Shown here piece by piece: positions 1 to 7,159 of a DNA stretch of 24,508 bases. The stretch comes from a virus (Duplodnaviria > Caudoviricetes), in the IMG/VR virus record IMGVR_UViG_3300032335_000502, positions 1 through 24,508 of that record. One strand, given 5' to 3'. Made by a program: the position numbers and the translations under genes. The notes below the pieces were generated by a model. The model saw nothing but the letters and a program-made list of their open reading frames with translations, did no database searches and was not told the origin of the DNA. The stretch's first letter is position 1. Each line of letters starts with the position of its first letter.

Positions 1-418
1 CGAGCGACCATTCGTGCAACCCGTCCGGCAACACCGCCCGTTGCCGGAAATCCTTCGGCTCGTACCGCAGGGTTTCGTGCACCACGGTGCCGTCCGCGTC
101 ACGGTACTGGTACGTCGCCACCGCCTTGCGGTTCGCCACCGGCTTGACCGCCGGTCGTGTCAGTTGGACCAATTCCATTATCGCCATGTCCTCCGGCCAC
201 CATCCGCCTCTGATCAGCGCGCGCTTGACATCATCCTGCGGGCACTTTGCGTGACAGAACCAGAGCGTCCGCGACCCATCATCAGCCTCGCTGATCGACA
301 GCGATGCATGGCGATCCTCATGCGCCGGGCATTTCGCCATCCATCCCTTGGCATTCCGTCGCCCACCGAGGCTGCGCGCCAGTTCCTCGGCGGTTGGGTA
401 CCGCGTCATCGTCGTCAT
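1..418 (-). CDS. DNA primase, N-terminal zinc-binding domain (partial, runs off the left edge; absent from the ORF track)
   Basis: Hand translation from the ATG at 418 (ATGA overlap with the upstream stop) gives MTTMTRYPTAEELARSLGGRRNAKGWMAKCPAHEDRHASLSISEADDGSRTLWFCHAKCPQDDV...YQYRDADG...RYEPKDFRQ. CPAHED-x-SLS...CHAxC is the zinc-binding domain typical of phage/plasmid primases. The frame is open to base 1. Confidence 0.85.
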   Translation of the reverse strand, partial: MTTMTRYPTAEELARSLGGRRNAKGWMAKCPAHEDRHASLSISEADDGSRTLWFCHAKCPQDDVKRALIRGGWWPEDMAIMELVQLTRPAVKPVANRKAVATYQYRDADGTVVHETLRYEPKDFRQRAVLPDGLHEWSL

Positions 419-1056
419 GATTTGACCAACCTGCCATCGTGCGTGCGCCTTGCGCATCGCGCCGTTTCGTGACCGTCTTCGATGCAGTAGTTGTTCGCCT
501 TAGGCCTCAACTCACGCCACTTATGCCCGTACGGAAGGTCTGCACCCCAATCCTCAACCCAATATCCACTACCGTCCTGCAGCCGTTGCTTATTTGTGCC
601 AACTGCAATGGTTTCACAAACACCACCATATTCATACGCGGGTGTTCCGGTCCAATAGCCCCCAAAAGCATCACCGACTATCCTCACGCGTTCCGTATCG
701 GACAGGCGTGCAAACACGCCGCATGTCACTAAATAGAACGGCGTCGCGCGTGGTGGACCATCTAGCAGGATCGCCGGGAATCCCGTCATGGCGCTCAATT
801 CATCGCATCGCGTCACTTCGAGCAATGAAAAGCCGCTGTCAGGCTTGACCTCGGCGTGCATGCCCGCGACTGGCAACCAGAAGTCCGGCAGGTACGGCCC
901 TGATGGAAGCGCGTACCCCTCATCCTCGTACCGCCATGCCACATTGATCTCATCAAAATACATCGCCCATCGCGCTTCCAATGCGCTCTTGAACTTGACG
1001 CCACCGTAGTAGGTCGGTAGCGCCACAATCAATCGTTCCGCACTCATGACCGTCAT
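415..1056 (-). CDS. PD-(D/E)xK family nuclease
   Basis: YGGVKFKSALEARWA...YEDEGY...YLPDFWLP...AEVKP supplies the PD...ExK catalytic motif. ATGA overlaps at both ends. Confidence 0.75.
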   Translation of the reverse strand: MTVMSAERLIVALPTYYGGVKFKSALEARWAMYFDEINVAWRYEDEGYALPSGPYLPDFWLPVAGMHAEVKPDSGFSLLEVTRCDELSAMTGFPAILLDGPPRATPFYLVTCGVFARLSDTERVRIVGDAFGGYWTGTPAYEYGGVCETIAVGTNKQRLQDGSGYWVEDWGADLPYGHKWRELRPKANNYCIEDGHETARCARRTHDGRLVKS

Positions 1057-1310
1057 CCCTCATGATCCACGGCGTTCTCCATTGCCTCGATCTCTGCCCA
1101 GGCATCCCATGCGATGGTGGCTGGAACGATGAACGCCGATGCGTCCAGGTCACGCTTGGGCTTCCATGAGCACTCACGGCAAAACCACGCGCCCGCATGT
1201 TCATCCTCGGCAAACGGGATGAACCGGGCATCAGGGCACCATTTAGTGCCGTTGCGCGCGCACTTCGGCCACGCGCACGGCACATTCTCAACCAATCTCA
1301 CGCTTGGCAT
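1053..1310 (-). CDS. Small Cys-rich hypothetical protein (possible zinc finger), 85 aa
   Basis: ATG at 1310 follows purine-rich GGAAGGGACGGGGAAAC. Contains CAWPKC...CREC. The longer ORF-track start runs into the terminator hairpin. Confidence 0.6.
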   Translation of the reverse strand: MPSVRLVENVPCAWPKCARNGTKWCPDARFIPFAEDEHAGAWFCRECSWKPKRDLDASAFIVPATIAWDAWAEIEAMENAVDHEG

Positions 1311-1365
1311 GTTTCCCCGTCCCTTCCGGTTCCAGCCACGATGCATGATACCCCGCCATGAACAA

Positions 1366-1397
1366 TACGGCGGGTTGGCTTGCACCAACCCGCCGTA
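1366..1397 (-). terminator. Probable intrinsic terminator
   Basis: Perfect 13-bp stem TACGGCGGGTTGG/CCAACCCGCCGTA with a GCAA loop closed by U-G on the minus strand, followed by TTGTT, just after the stop at 1420. Confidence 0.7.
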
Positions 1398-1419
1398 CCG
1401 CGCCCTTCTTTCGCCCGGA

Positions 1420-2235
1420 TCAGAACGGACTGTCGTCCAGATCCAGTTCCGCGACCTCGCGTTCCCACTGACCAGCCGCCGGACCGGCGACCACCTTCAC
1501 GGGCAGGCGCCCCTTGCCACGCGCATGCGGATTGAACGGTTCCGGTGCGGTGCCAGGCAACGGCGTTGCGGTCCGTTGCACCGGTTCCTCCTCCACCTCA
1601 ACCGGCAACAGCGTCGCATCCTCGGCAGGCGTCCATCCATCCTCGGACAAGCGCGTGAACACGCCGGTCCCGAGGATGTCCCGGTCCGGCAACAGCCTCG
1701 CGATAATCCCCGCCTCAAGCGGCTCCTTGCGCGTGTCAATCCACCACTTCGCGAAGCCGGAGTGATCGTAGTCCTCGCCCGAGAACTCGACCCCCATCAT
1801 CAGGTCGCTGAACGCAGACCGCACGTCCTGAATTGCTACCTCGTATTCCGCCTGCGTCAACCGACCCGCCTTGACGGCACCGGCACCGACTGCCGTGACG
1901 CTCTCCAGCCACGTCCGCATCTCGGATGCGCGAGACTGGCGGACCGATTGCGCCCACGGTACCTGCTTGGGTCCACCATCGAGCGCGACGCGCTTCCCGG
2001 CATCAACCGACGCCTGATCCGACTCCACCATCTTCGCGGTGTAACAGTCCCGGCAGTCCCTGTCGCGCTGCGCCTGCACCCAACGGCTGTTGTCAGGGTT
2101 GGAACCGGCGAACACCTGGATGATGCCGGTGTGTCCGCACAGGTGCGTGATCTCGTAGTCTTGCTTCTCACCGCCACCAGCCACACGTTGGAACTTGGGT
2201 AGCGCACTGCGTTGTGGTCGTTGCATTGCCACCAT
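1420..2235 (-). CDS. Phage hypothetical protein with putative Zn-binding motif and SSB-like acidic tail, 271 aa
   Basis: AAGGAG RBS before the ATG at 2235. Motifs HLCGH...CRDC, GGPKQVPWAQSVR and AKWWIDTR; C-terminus ELDLDDSPF. Confidence 0.7.
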   Translation of the reverse strand: MVAMQRPQRSALPKFQRVAGGGEKQDYEITHLCGHTGIIQVFAGSNPDNSRWVQAQRDRDCRDCYTAKMVESDQASVDAGKRVALDGGPKQVPWAQSVRQSRASEMRTWLESVTAVGAGAVKAGRLTQAEYEVAIQDVRSAFSDLMMGVEFSGEDYDHSGFAKWWIDTRKEPLEAGIIARLLPDRDILGTGVFTRLSEDGWTPAEDATLLPVEVEEEPVQRTATPLPGTAPEPFNPHARGKGRLPVKVVAGPAAGQWEREVAELDLDDSPF

Positions 2236-2242
2236 GGTCTCC

Positions 2243-2677
2243 TTAGAACTCGCCATCGTTCGCAACCGTCGTCGCGCCATTCATGCCGGACGTCACCGCC
2301 CGTGGTGGTTGCGCCGGACGCACCGTCGTGCGTGCCTCGCTGTACGTCACCTCCTCGTATCCCGCCAGCCCGTCACCGGACCCGTAATACCCTGCCATGG
2401 CAAGCGCCCGTCCGTACGCCGAAGTTTCCGCGGTCTCGACCGGCGAGGATGCCTGCGCACCGCCACCGGACCCACGGGTCACCTCGGACGACCCTTCGAA
2501 CACGCGCCCGTCGGTGAATTGCACCGTCACCACGACGATGTGGAACTCACCGAGGCTCGTGAACCGCGTCACCGTCGACGCGATCCCCATCGGCCGGATC
2601 CACTCCCCGTGCGCCTGCTGCGCCCGGTGCGCCACCGTCGCGTACGGTTTGCCCCGTATCTGCATTATTCCGCCCAT
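2243..2677 (-). CDS. Rad52/Sak-like single-strand annealing protein
   Basis: IRGKPYATVAHR...ETAETSAYGRALAMAG...AGYEEV matches the GKxYxxVxxR / ExAETSAxGRAL pattern of phage Rad52-superfamily proteins. Lies in the replication module. Confidence 0.7.
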   Translation of the reverse strand: MGGIMQIRGKPYATVAHRAQQAHGEWIRPMGIASTVTRFTSLGEFHIVVVTVQFTDGRVFEGSSEVTRGSGGGAQASSPVETAETSAYGRALAMAGYYGSGDGLAGYEEVTYSEARTTVRPAQPPRAVTSGMNGATTVANDGEF

Positions 2678-2975
2678 GTCCCTTTGCCTTCCGTTCCGAG
2701 CGCCTGATCAACAGCGCCGGGACCACCCCGAGCGCCTGTGCAATCCGTTCGAGCGTCTCCTTTCTTATCGCCGCCTGGCGCTTGCCGTCAGCCACGTCCC
2801 GCCCACGCTCGGCGCGCACGATGGTGGCATACGACGTGTTCGACAACCGCGCCAGCGTTTCCCTCGACATGCCTGCGAGCAGGCGGACCTGCCGCATCGT
2901 CTCGCCGGAGATCCGGACATCGTCGCCGTACCCGCGCCACGCGACCGTGACGCTGGCGCGCTCAAAGTCCGGCAT
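2547..2975 (-). CDS. XRE-family helix-turn-helix transcriptional regulator
   Basis: MRQVRLLAGMSRETLARLSNTSYATIVRAERG...ETLERIAQALGV is a canonical HTH_XRE pattern. Start is coupled to the upstream stop (TGATG at 2973-2977; alternative GTG at 2978). Confidence 0.85.
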   Translation of the reverse strand: MPDFERASVTVAWRGYGDDVRISGETMRQVRLLAGMSRETLARLSNTSYATIVRAERGRDVADGKRQAAIRKETLERIAQALGVVPALLIRRSERKAKGHGRNNADTGQTVRDGGAPGAAGARGVDPADGDRVDGDAVHEPR

Positions 2976-3349
2976 CACGCGGTACCCCGTGCGATCAGCC
3001 GTCGCAGTTCGTGCCACGCTCGTTCCAGGAACTCGACCTGCCGTCCGTCGTCCAACCCGTATACCGCCCACGTCAGGTACAACCCGTCCGACAACCGGCC
3101 CCGCATCGTGCGCCGGACCGCCTCCGGAATGTAGCGGACCTGCACCCGTTCGAGCGCCTCGTCCGTGTCCCGCGGTACCCCGTTCTCGTTGCCGTCGATC
3201 AGGAACTCCCACCCGAGCCGTGCGACCAGGTGATCGTGCGTCCACGCCTCCACGTCGAGCGGACTGCGAAACCGCAACCGCCCATCCGTCGTCACCGCGC
3301 CGGTGACCGATACCTCGGTGACCACATCCTCGATCAGGTCGCCGTTCAT
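2975..3349 (-). CDS. Hypothetical protein, 124 aa
   Basis: Stop/start overlaps at both ends within the operon; protein-like composition. Confidence 0.7.
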   Translation of the reverse strand: MNGDLIEDVVTEVSVTGAVTTDGRLRFRSPLDVEAWTHDHLVARLGWEFLIDGNENGVPRDTDEALERVQVRYIPEAVRRTMRGRLSDGLYLTWAVYGLDDGRQVEFLERAWHELRRLIARGTA

Positions 3350-3801
3350 GCCATCACCCCGAACCCGGAGCGCATGACGGCGCGGGCCTCATCCTCGTCG
3401 CATTCGATCACGCTGTCGCCGGAGGCATCATCCACAATCATCGTGAACACGTCCGGCCTGCGCTCGGGTCGCACGACAACCACCGGAACCGACGCCTGGA
3501 GGATGCCACCGCGGACCGGACGGCGATACCGCCCGTACGGCGAGATCATGTCCCAGACGTCGGACCACACCGCTTGCCTCGTCGTGAGCACGCCACGCTG
3601 ATCGACGAACCCGTGCGTGATCACGGATAGGTCCGCCAAGTGCCCGTGATCCCGCGTCACCGTGATGTCCGCATCGGGATAGCGCGCGGACAACTCCATG
3701 TGCACCTGCACCTCGAATGCGTCGCACGATGCGTTGACATCATCGCCGACCTCCGGACCGACGCCGATCAGCGCCGGTGTGTACGTTACCTCGATCTCCA
3801 C
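3346..3801 (-). CDS. Hypothetical acidic protein, 151 aa (first gene after promoter P2)
   Basis: GTG at 3801 preceded by GGAAAGGGGA RBS. The longer ORF-track start crosses the promoter. Confidence 0.7.
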   Translation of the reverse strand: MEIEVTYTPALIGVGPEVGDDVNASCDAFEVQVHMELSARYPDADITVTRDHGHLADLSVITHGFVDQRGVLTTRQAVWSDVWDMISPYGRYRRPVRGGILQASVPVVVVRPERRPDVFTMIVDDASGDSVIECDEDEARAVMRSGFGVMA

Positions 3802-3828
3802 CTGTTCCCCTTTCCTGGTCTGTCCTAC

Positions 3829-3857
3829 ATGGTGCCACATGGCTATAACCATGTCAA
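3829..3857 (-). promoter_or_regulatory. Sigma70-type promoter P2 with palindromic operator
   Basis: Minus strand TTGACA-17 bp-CACCAT with TG at the extended -10 position. Near-perfect palindrome ACATGGCTATAACCATGT at 3837-3854 overlaps the -35 box and spacer. Confidence 0.8.
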
Positions 3858-3886
3858 GCGTTTGGCGAACCAATCTGGAAACTTGG

Positions 3887-4660
3887 CTACCACTTCCGGC
3901 CGCTCGAAATCGTCCGTCCCATCGCGTCGATGATCGGCCTCGCAAACACCTCGGACGCGGATTGCGCGTCGTTGTCGTACCACGCCTCACCGCGTCCCAG
4001 GACGATCACTTTGACGCGATCCTCACCGACGCGTCGTGCAATCGCGACCGCGTCGTACGAGCGGTCCCGCAGCGGACACCAGCCAGCGTTGACGTGACTA
4101 TCGTGGGTCTGGCAAGCGATCACCGGCTTGACGCCGTTGCGGTACGGTCCGCACAACCAGCGGGCGAAATCGTGACCATCGTCCGTCACCGTGCGCCACA
4201 CGCCGGTACCGACCACGTAAATCAGTCGGCCGGTGTCGCGCTGGCGCAACATCCACGCGGTTTCCTGATGCAACCACCGCGCATTGTTCGCGGCTTGAAG
4301 GTTTGCCGCCTCGAAGGCTGTTTCGCGCCGGTGTGCGCCGGTGCGCTGGTACGCATGCAGCACGTAAAAGCGGACCCGACCCTGCGATATGACCCACGCG
4401 TCGTACCCGTCGACCAAGCGCTCGCGCATCATGTTCGCGTTTAGTGCACGTCCAACCCGCCTCGGGTCCGGTCGATCAGGACGCACCAATGACACTTTCA
4501 GCCGTTGTCCGTCGTACAACGTCACCCCTGGAGCGTCCAGCACCGCGCGTTTCGCCGTCTCCCAATCCGGCGCCTCGACGAGCGCCAACATGTGCTCGTT
4601 GGCGATCTGGTTCCGCGGATGCGCGCCGTAGCGCCGCACCGTCCACTTGTATGTCGTCAC
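3887..4660 (-). CDS. Hypothetical protein, 257 aa
   Basis: GTG start overlaps the methyltransferase stop (GTGA), with GGAG upstream. Ends just before P2. Confidence 0.65.
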   Translation of the reverse strand: MTTYKWTVRRYGAHPRNQIANEHMLALVEAPDWETAKRAVLDAPGVTLYDGQRLKVSLVRPDRPDPRRVGRALNANMMRERLVDGYDAWVISQGRVRFYVLHAYQRTGAHRRETAFEAANLQAANNARWLHQETAWMLRQRDTGRLIYVVGTGVWRTVTDDGHDFARWLCGPYRNGVKPVIACQTHDSHVNAGWCPLRDRSYDAVAIARRVGEDRVKVIVLGRGEAWYDNDAQSASEVFARPIIDAMGRTISSGRKW

Positions 4661-5622
4661 AGTCCCAACTCCATCTGTGCCCCGAGGCACGCTGGTGATA
4701 GCCACAGGCGCTCGCGCTTGTGCGCCTTGACATCCGTGCTATATCCCGATCCGCTACCCGCCTTGCCTTGGACCTTGCGCCGGCCGAGCGCCCGCAGCGC
4801 ATCGTGGTCCTCCTCGAAGCCGCACAGGACGATCCGCAGGGTCGCATCCGCCGTCAGGCACCACTCCCGTACCGCGTGCGACACGTCCGCATCGACGTGC
4901 CCGTACAGGTCGCCTGACGTCGCGTACGGCGGATCAAGCAGGATCGCGATTGATCCGTCACCGCCCCGCGTGGCACGTACCGCGCTCGGTGTCACGACGC
5001 GCATCCAATCCCCGCACGTGATGCGGACCGATTCCAGCCTGGCCGAGAGCGCCTGCATGTACGTTTGCAATGATGTGACGTTCACGGACAGCATGCCTTT
5101 TCCGCCGTCGCCGAGATGTGGCAGTTTACGTTTGACGCCTTGGCCCGAGTTGCCGACCTTGCGAAGGTGCCCGTCAACGACGCGCCACGGCCCTGATCCC
5201 CACGGGTCTCCGATGCCGCAGGCGCACACGTACAGCCACCATCCGGCCGCCTTCGCATCGTGGTGCAGGGGATCACCCTCAAGCCACGCGACGAGGTCCG
5301 CATCACGTCGTGCCTGGAGCCACGCCAGGCGTGCGTGATAGTCGATCTCGGTCACCGGCCCGGATACGGCATCAGCGACCGCGTGCGGCGACAACTGAAT
5401 GGACCGCCACGTGTTGACCAGCCACCCGTCCGCATCGTTGAGCGTCTCCACGCGACCGCCGGTGACGGACGGACGCGCCAGCAGCACCGCGGCTGATCCG
5501 GCGAACGGCTCTACGTACCCGCCCGGATCACCGAGTGCCTGCCAGATCACCGGCGCAGCGCGGTGCTTGCCGCCGAAATAGGGAAACGGAGCCTTGAGCG
5601 TCACAATCTGAACTCCATCTGT
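4655..5622. repeat. Imperfect 24-bp direct repeats flanking the methyltransferase gene (4655-4678 and 5599-5622)
   Basis: CGTCACAgtccCAACTCCATCTGT vs CGTCACAatctGAACTCCATCTGT, 21/24 identical. Confidence 0.6.
4657..5604 (-). CDS. DNA N6-adenine methyltransferase (D12/Dam-like class)
   Basis: PFPYFGGK, YVEPFAGSAAV (SAM-binding motif I), LND and catalytic DPPY. Confidence 0.9.
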   Translation of the reverse strand: MTLKAPFPYFGGKHRAAPVIWQALGDPGGYVEPFAGSAAVLLARPSVTGGRVETLNDADGWLVNTWRSIQLSPHAVADAVSGPVTEIDYHARLAWLQARRDADLVAWLEGDPLHHDAKAAGWWLYVCACGIGDPWGSGPWRVVDGHLRKVGNSGQGVKRKLPHLGDGGKGMLSVNVTSLQTYMQALSARLESVRITCGDWMRVVTPSAVRATRGGDGSIAILLDPPYATSGDLYGHVDADVSHAVREWCLTADATLRIVLCGFEEDHDALRALGRRKVQGKAGSGSGYSTDVKAHKRERLWLSPACLGAQMELGL

Positions 5623-5969
5623 CCCCGTGGTTCCGTCGCCGTCAACGCCGCCAGGCGCTCCTGCAAGTGCGCCAGCGCTACCGCGCGATCCGTCCCGAGG
5701 TCCACTTCCGCGTCACGGCCACCGCCCCACGGCACGACGGCATACCGTCCGTCGCGCAGGATGATTTCCCACACGCCTCGCGTCGACCCTTGAGTCACGC
5801 TGGTGCGCCTGACGTGGTTCGCACCGGCGCGGTACAGCGACGCGACGCAGTGCGCCGTCTCGCCTGCGATCCACGGTTGCCAGCGTGGCAGATCATCCGC
5901 CACGCCCTCGAAGATCCGGATACCGAGCGTCACGATCTCCCCGTCGTATTCCGGGTCCGTGACGTTCAC
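5601..5969 (-). CDS. Hypothetical protein, 122 aa
   Basis: GTGA overlaps with neighbours at both ends. Confidence 0.7.
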   Translation of the reverse strand: MNVTDPEYDGEIVTLGIRIFEGVADDLPRWQPWIAGETAHCVASLYRAGANHVRRTSVTQGSTRGVWEIILRDGRYAVVPWGGGRDAEVDLGTDRAVALAHLQERLAALTATEPRGQMEFRL

Positions 5970-6403
5970 AGGTCACGCCGGTACGCGTCGGCGTCCTCTT
6001 GCATCGCGTCACGCAGCGCCCGCAACCGCGCCACCGCCTCCATCAACGTGACACCGTCATCCGCAGCGCCCGTCCACACGTCGCGCCATTCGCCGTTGTG
6101 CGCGCGCGCCTTGGAGAGTTTCGCGGCTGACCAATCACGCACCGTGAGCGGACCCACAACGCTGATCGTGTACACACCGTCGCGCTCGGTGAGGTACGCG
6201 ATCTGTCCGCCTGCCTCGTTGCGACGCTCGCGGTCCTGCTGATCCCACGAGATCAATCCCCAGTGCTGGACGCTGTGATCGCCCTTCACCGTCGTGAACG
6301 GTCTGTACTGCGGCACCGCGTTGACGACGTACGAATGCGTGTACCGCGTCGGGTCCATCCGCGGCGCCAGGGTTGCCCGGACCTTGGCCGTTCGTGCTTC
6401 CAT
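5966..6403 (-). CDS. Hypothetical protein, 145 aa (first gene after promoter P1)
   Basis: ATG at 6403 preceded by GGAAAGGGGAG RBS. Confidence 0.75.
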   Translation of the reverse strand: MEARTAKVRATLAPRMDPTRYTHSYVVNAVPQYRPFTTVKGDHSVQHWGLISWDQQDRERRNEAGGQIAYLTERDGVYTISVVGPLTVRDWSAAKLSKARAHNGEWRDVWTGAADDGVTLMEAVARLRALRDAMQEDADAYRRDL

Positions 6404-6426
6404 TGCAATCTCCCCTTTCCAGCGTC

Positions 6427-6455
6427 ATCGTAATACATGGCTATAACCATGTCAA
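6427..6455 (-). promoter_or_regulatory. Sigma70-type promoter P1 with palindromic operator
   Basis: Minus strand TTGACA-17 bp-TACGAT. Same palindrome ACATGGCTATAACCATGT at 6435-6452; 21 bp identical to P2. Confidence 0.85.
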
Positions 6456-6479
6456 CCTTTTTCGGGACCAATTCCGGGC

Positions 6480-6527
6480 AAACGGAAAACCCGCCCATCC
6501 GGTGGTCGATGCCGGACGGACGGGCGG
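6480..6527 (-). terminator. Probable intrinsic terminator ending the late/lysis transcript
   Basis: Minus strand CCGCCCGTCCG...CGGATGGGCGG stem (one G-U) followed by GTTTTCCGTTT, directly upstream of P1. Confidence 0.65.
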
Positions 6528-6703
6528 AAACGGAAGGGAACCGGACTGGAAGGGGAAATGTGGCGGGGAGACCGCCACCATCAAAACGGATGATGCCCGC
6601 CGGTGTTTCGCACCGACGGGCACCAGGCGGATTGCACCCGTCGCAACGGGGGAAATGCGACGGATGCTGCGCGCAACCGGCGCGCGGGGAAACACGCCGG
6701 TTA
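6480..6703 (-). ncRNA. Candidate structured RNA (five hairpins, C/U-rich loops)
   Basis: Stems at 6675-6702, 6634-6667, 6594-6622, 6560-6578 and 6491-6527. Four contain a pair that is G-U on the minus strand but an A-C mismatch on the plus strand. Loops include UUUCCCCG, UUUCCCCCGU and UCUCC. Confidence 0.5.
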
Positions 6704-6997
6704 CCCGGTCGGCGTGGCGGTCAGGATTATGGCGACCACGGTCCCGATCACGCTATCAACGGCCTGCTCGAACGGCGCGACGTACTCACCGAGACCGATC
6801 AGGTTCAGGAACGCATCAACGGTGCCCGCGCTCGCGACCGCCTTGGCAACCCAGATCACGGCGCGCACGATGGCGATCCCCATCGTCGTGACGGCAACGA
6901 CGCGTCGCCAGTGGCGACCGGCCGAGCGCGCCCATGCGAGCGACGCCGTGAACGCAATCCACAGCGCATCCTGAACCAGATCGCGCGTGCGCATCAT
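6701..6997 (-). CDS. Small membrane protein (holin/antiholin-like), 98 aa
   Basis: GGAG RBS before ATGATG. Hydrophobic segments LWIAFTASLAW, VVAVTTMGIAIVRAVIWVAKAVA and VIGTVVAIILTA. Follows the lysis genes. Confidence 0.6.
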   Translation of the reverse strand: MMRTRDLVQDALWIAFTASLAWARSAGRHWRRVVAVTTMGIAIVRAVIWVAKAVASAGTVDAFLNLIGLGEYVAPFEQAVDSVIGTVVAIILTATPTG

Positions 6998-7019
6998 CGG
7001 ACCGCTCCATATACACGTA

Positions 7020-7145
7020 TGCCCGCCCCACGGTGGGTTGCCGTGTAGGGCGGGCACTCGGTTTTGCGTTTGCGCGAGTTGTGGTTGACCCAAACGCAGT
7101 GGCGTCGCACCAAACAGGGTCGCGACACCTCCCAGGTTTCCCCGG
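7020..7145 (-). other. Intergenic cluster of four hairpins (structured leader or ncRNA)
   Basis: Stems 7132-7145 (CCGGG-GAAA-CCUGG), 7101-7129, 7065-7098 and 7020-7056. Confidence 0.45.
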
Positions 7146-7159
7146 TTGCGCCTAGTCTA

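Noticed and set aside
415-5604. Restriction-modification pair formed by the methyltransferase and the PD-(D/E)xK nuclease
   Set aside because: The genes are 3.6 kb apart with a promoter and terminator between them, and the nuclease is coupled to the primase, consistent with a replication/recombination role.
3837-6455. CRISPR array or attachment-site interpretation of the 21-bp repeat
   Set aside because: Only two copies 2.6 kb apart, each positioned as a promoter/operator; no spacers, cas genes or integrase in the window.
6460-6700. CsrB/RsmZ-like sponge on the plus strand (about 16 GGA motifs)
   Set aside because: The stem wobbles form G-U pairs only on the minus strand and the terminator U tract is on the minus strand, so the GGA excess is more simply the complement of the UCC loops. 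Not fully excluded without strand-specific RNA data.
7120-7155. c-di-GMP-I riboswitch resemblance (GCAA-CCGGG-GAAA-CCUGG-GA)
   Set aside because: Lacks the following GACGCAAAGC-type core and the receptor-bearing second stem.
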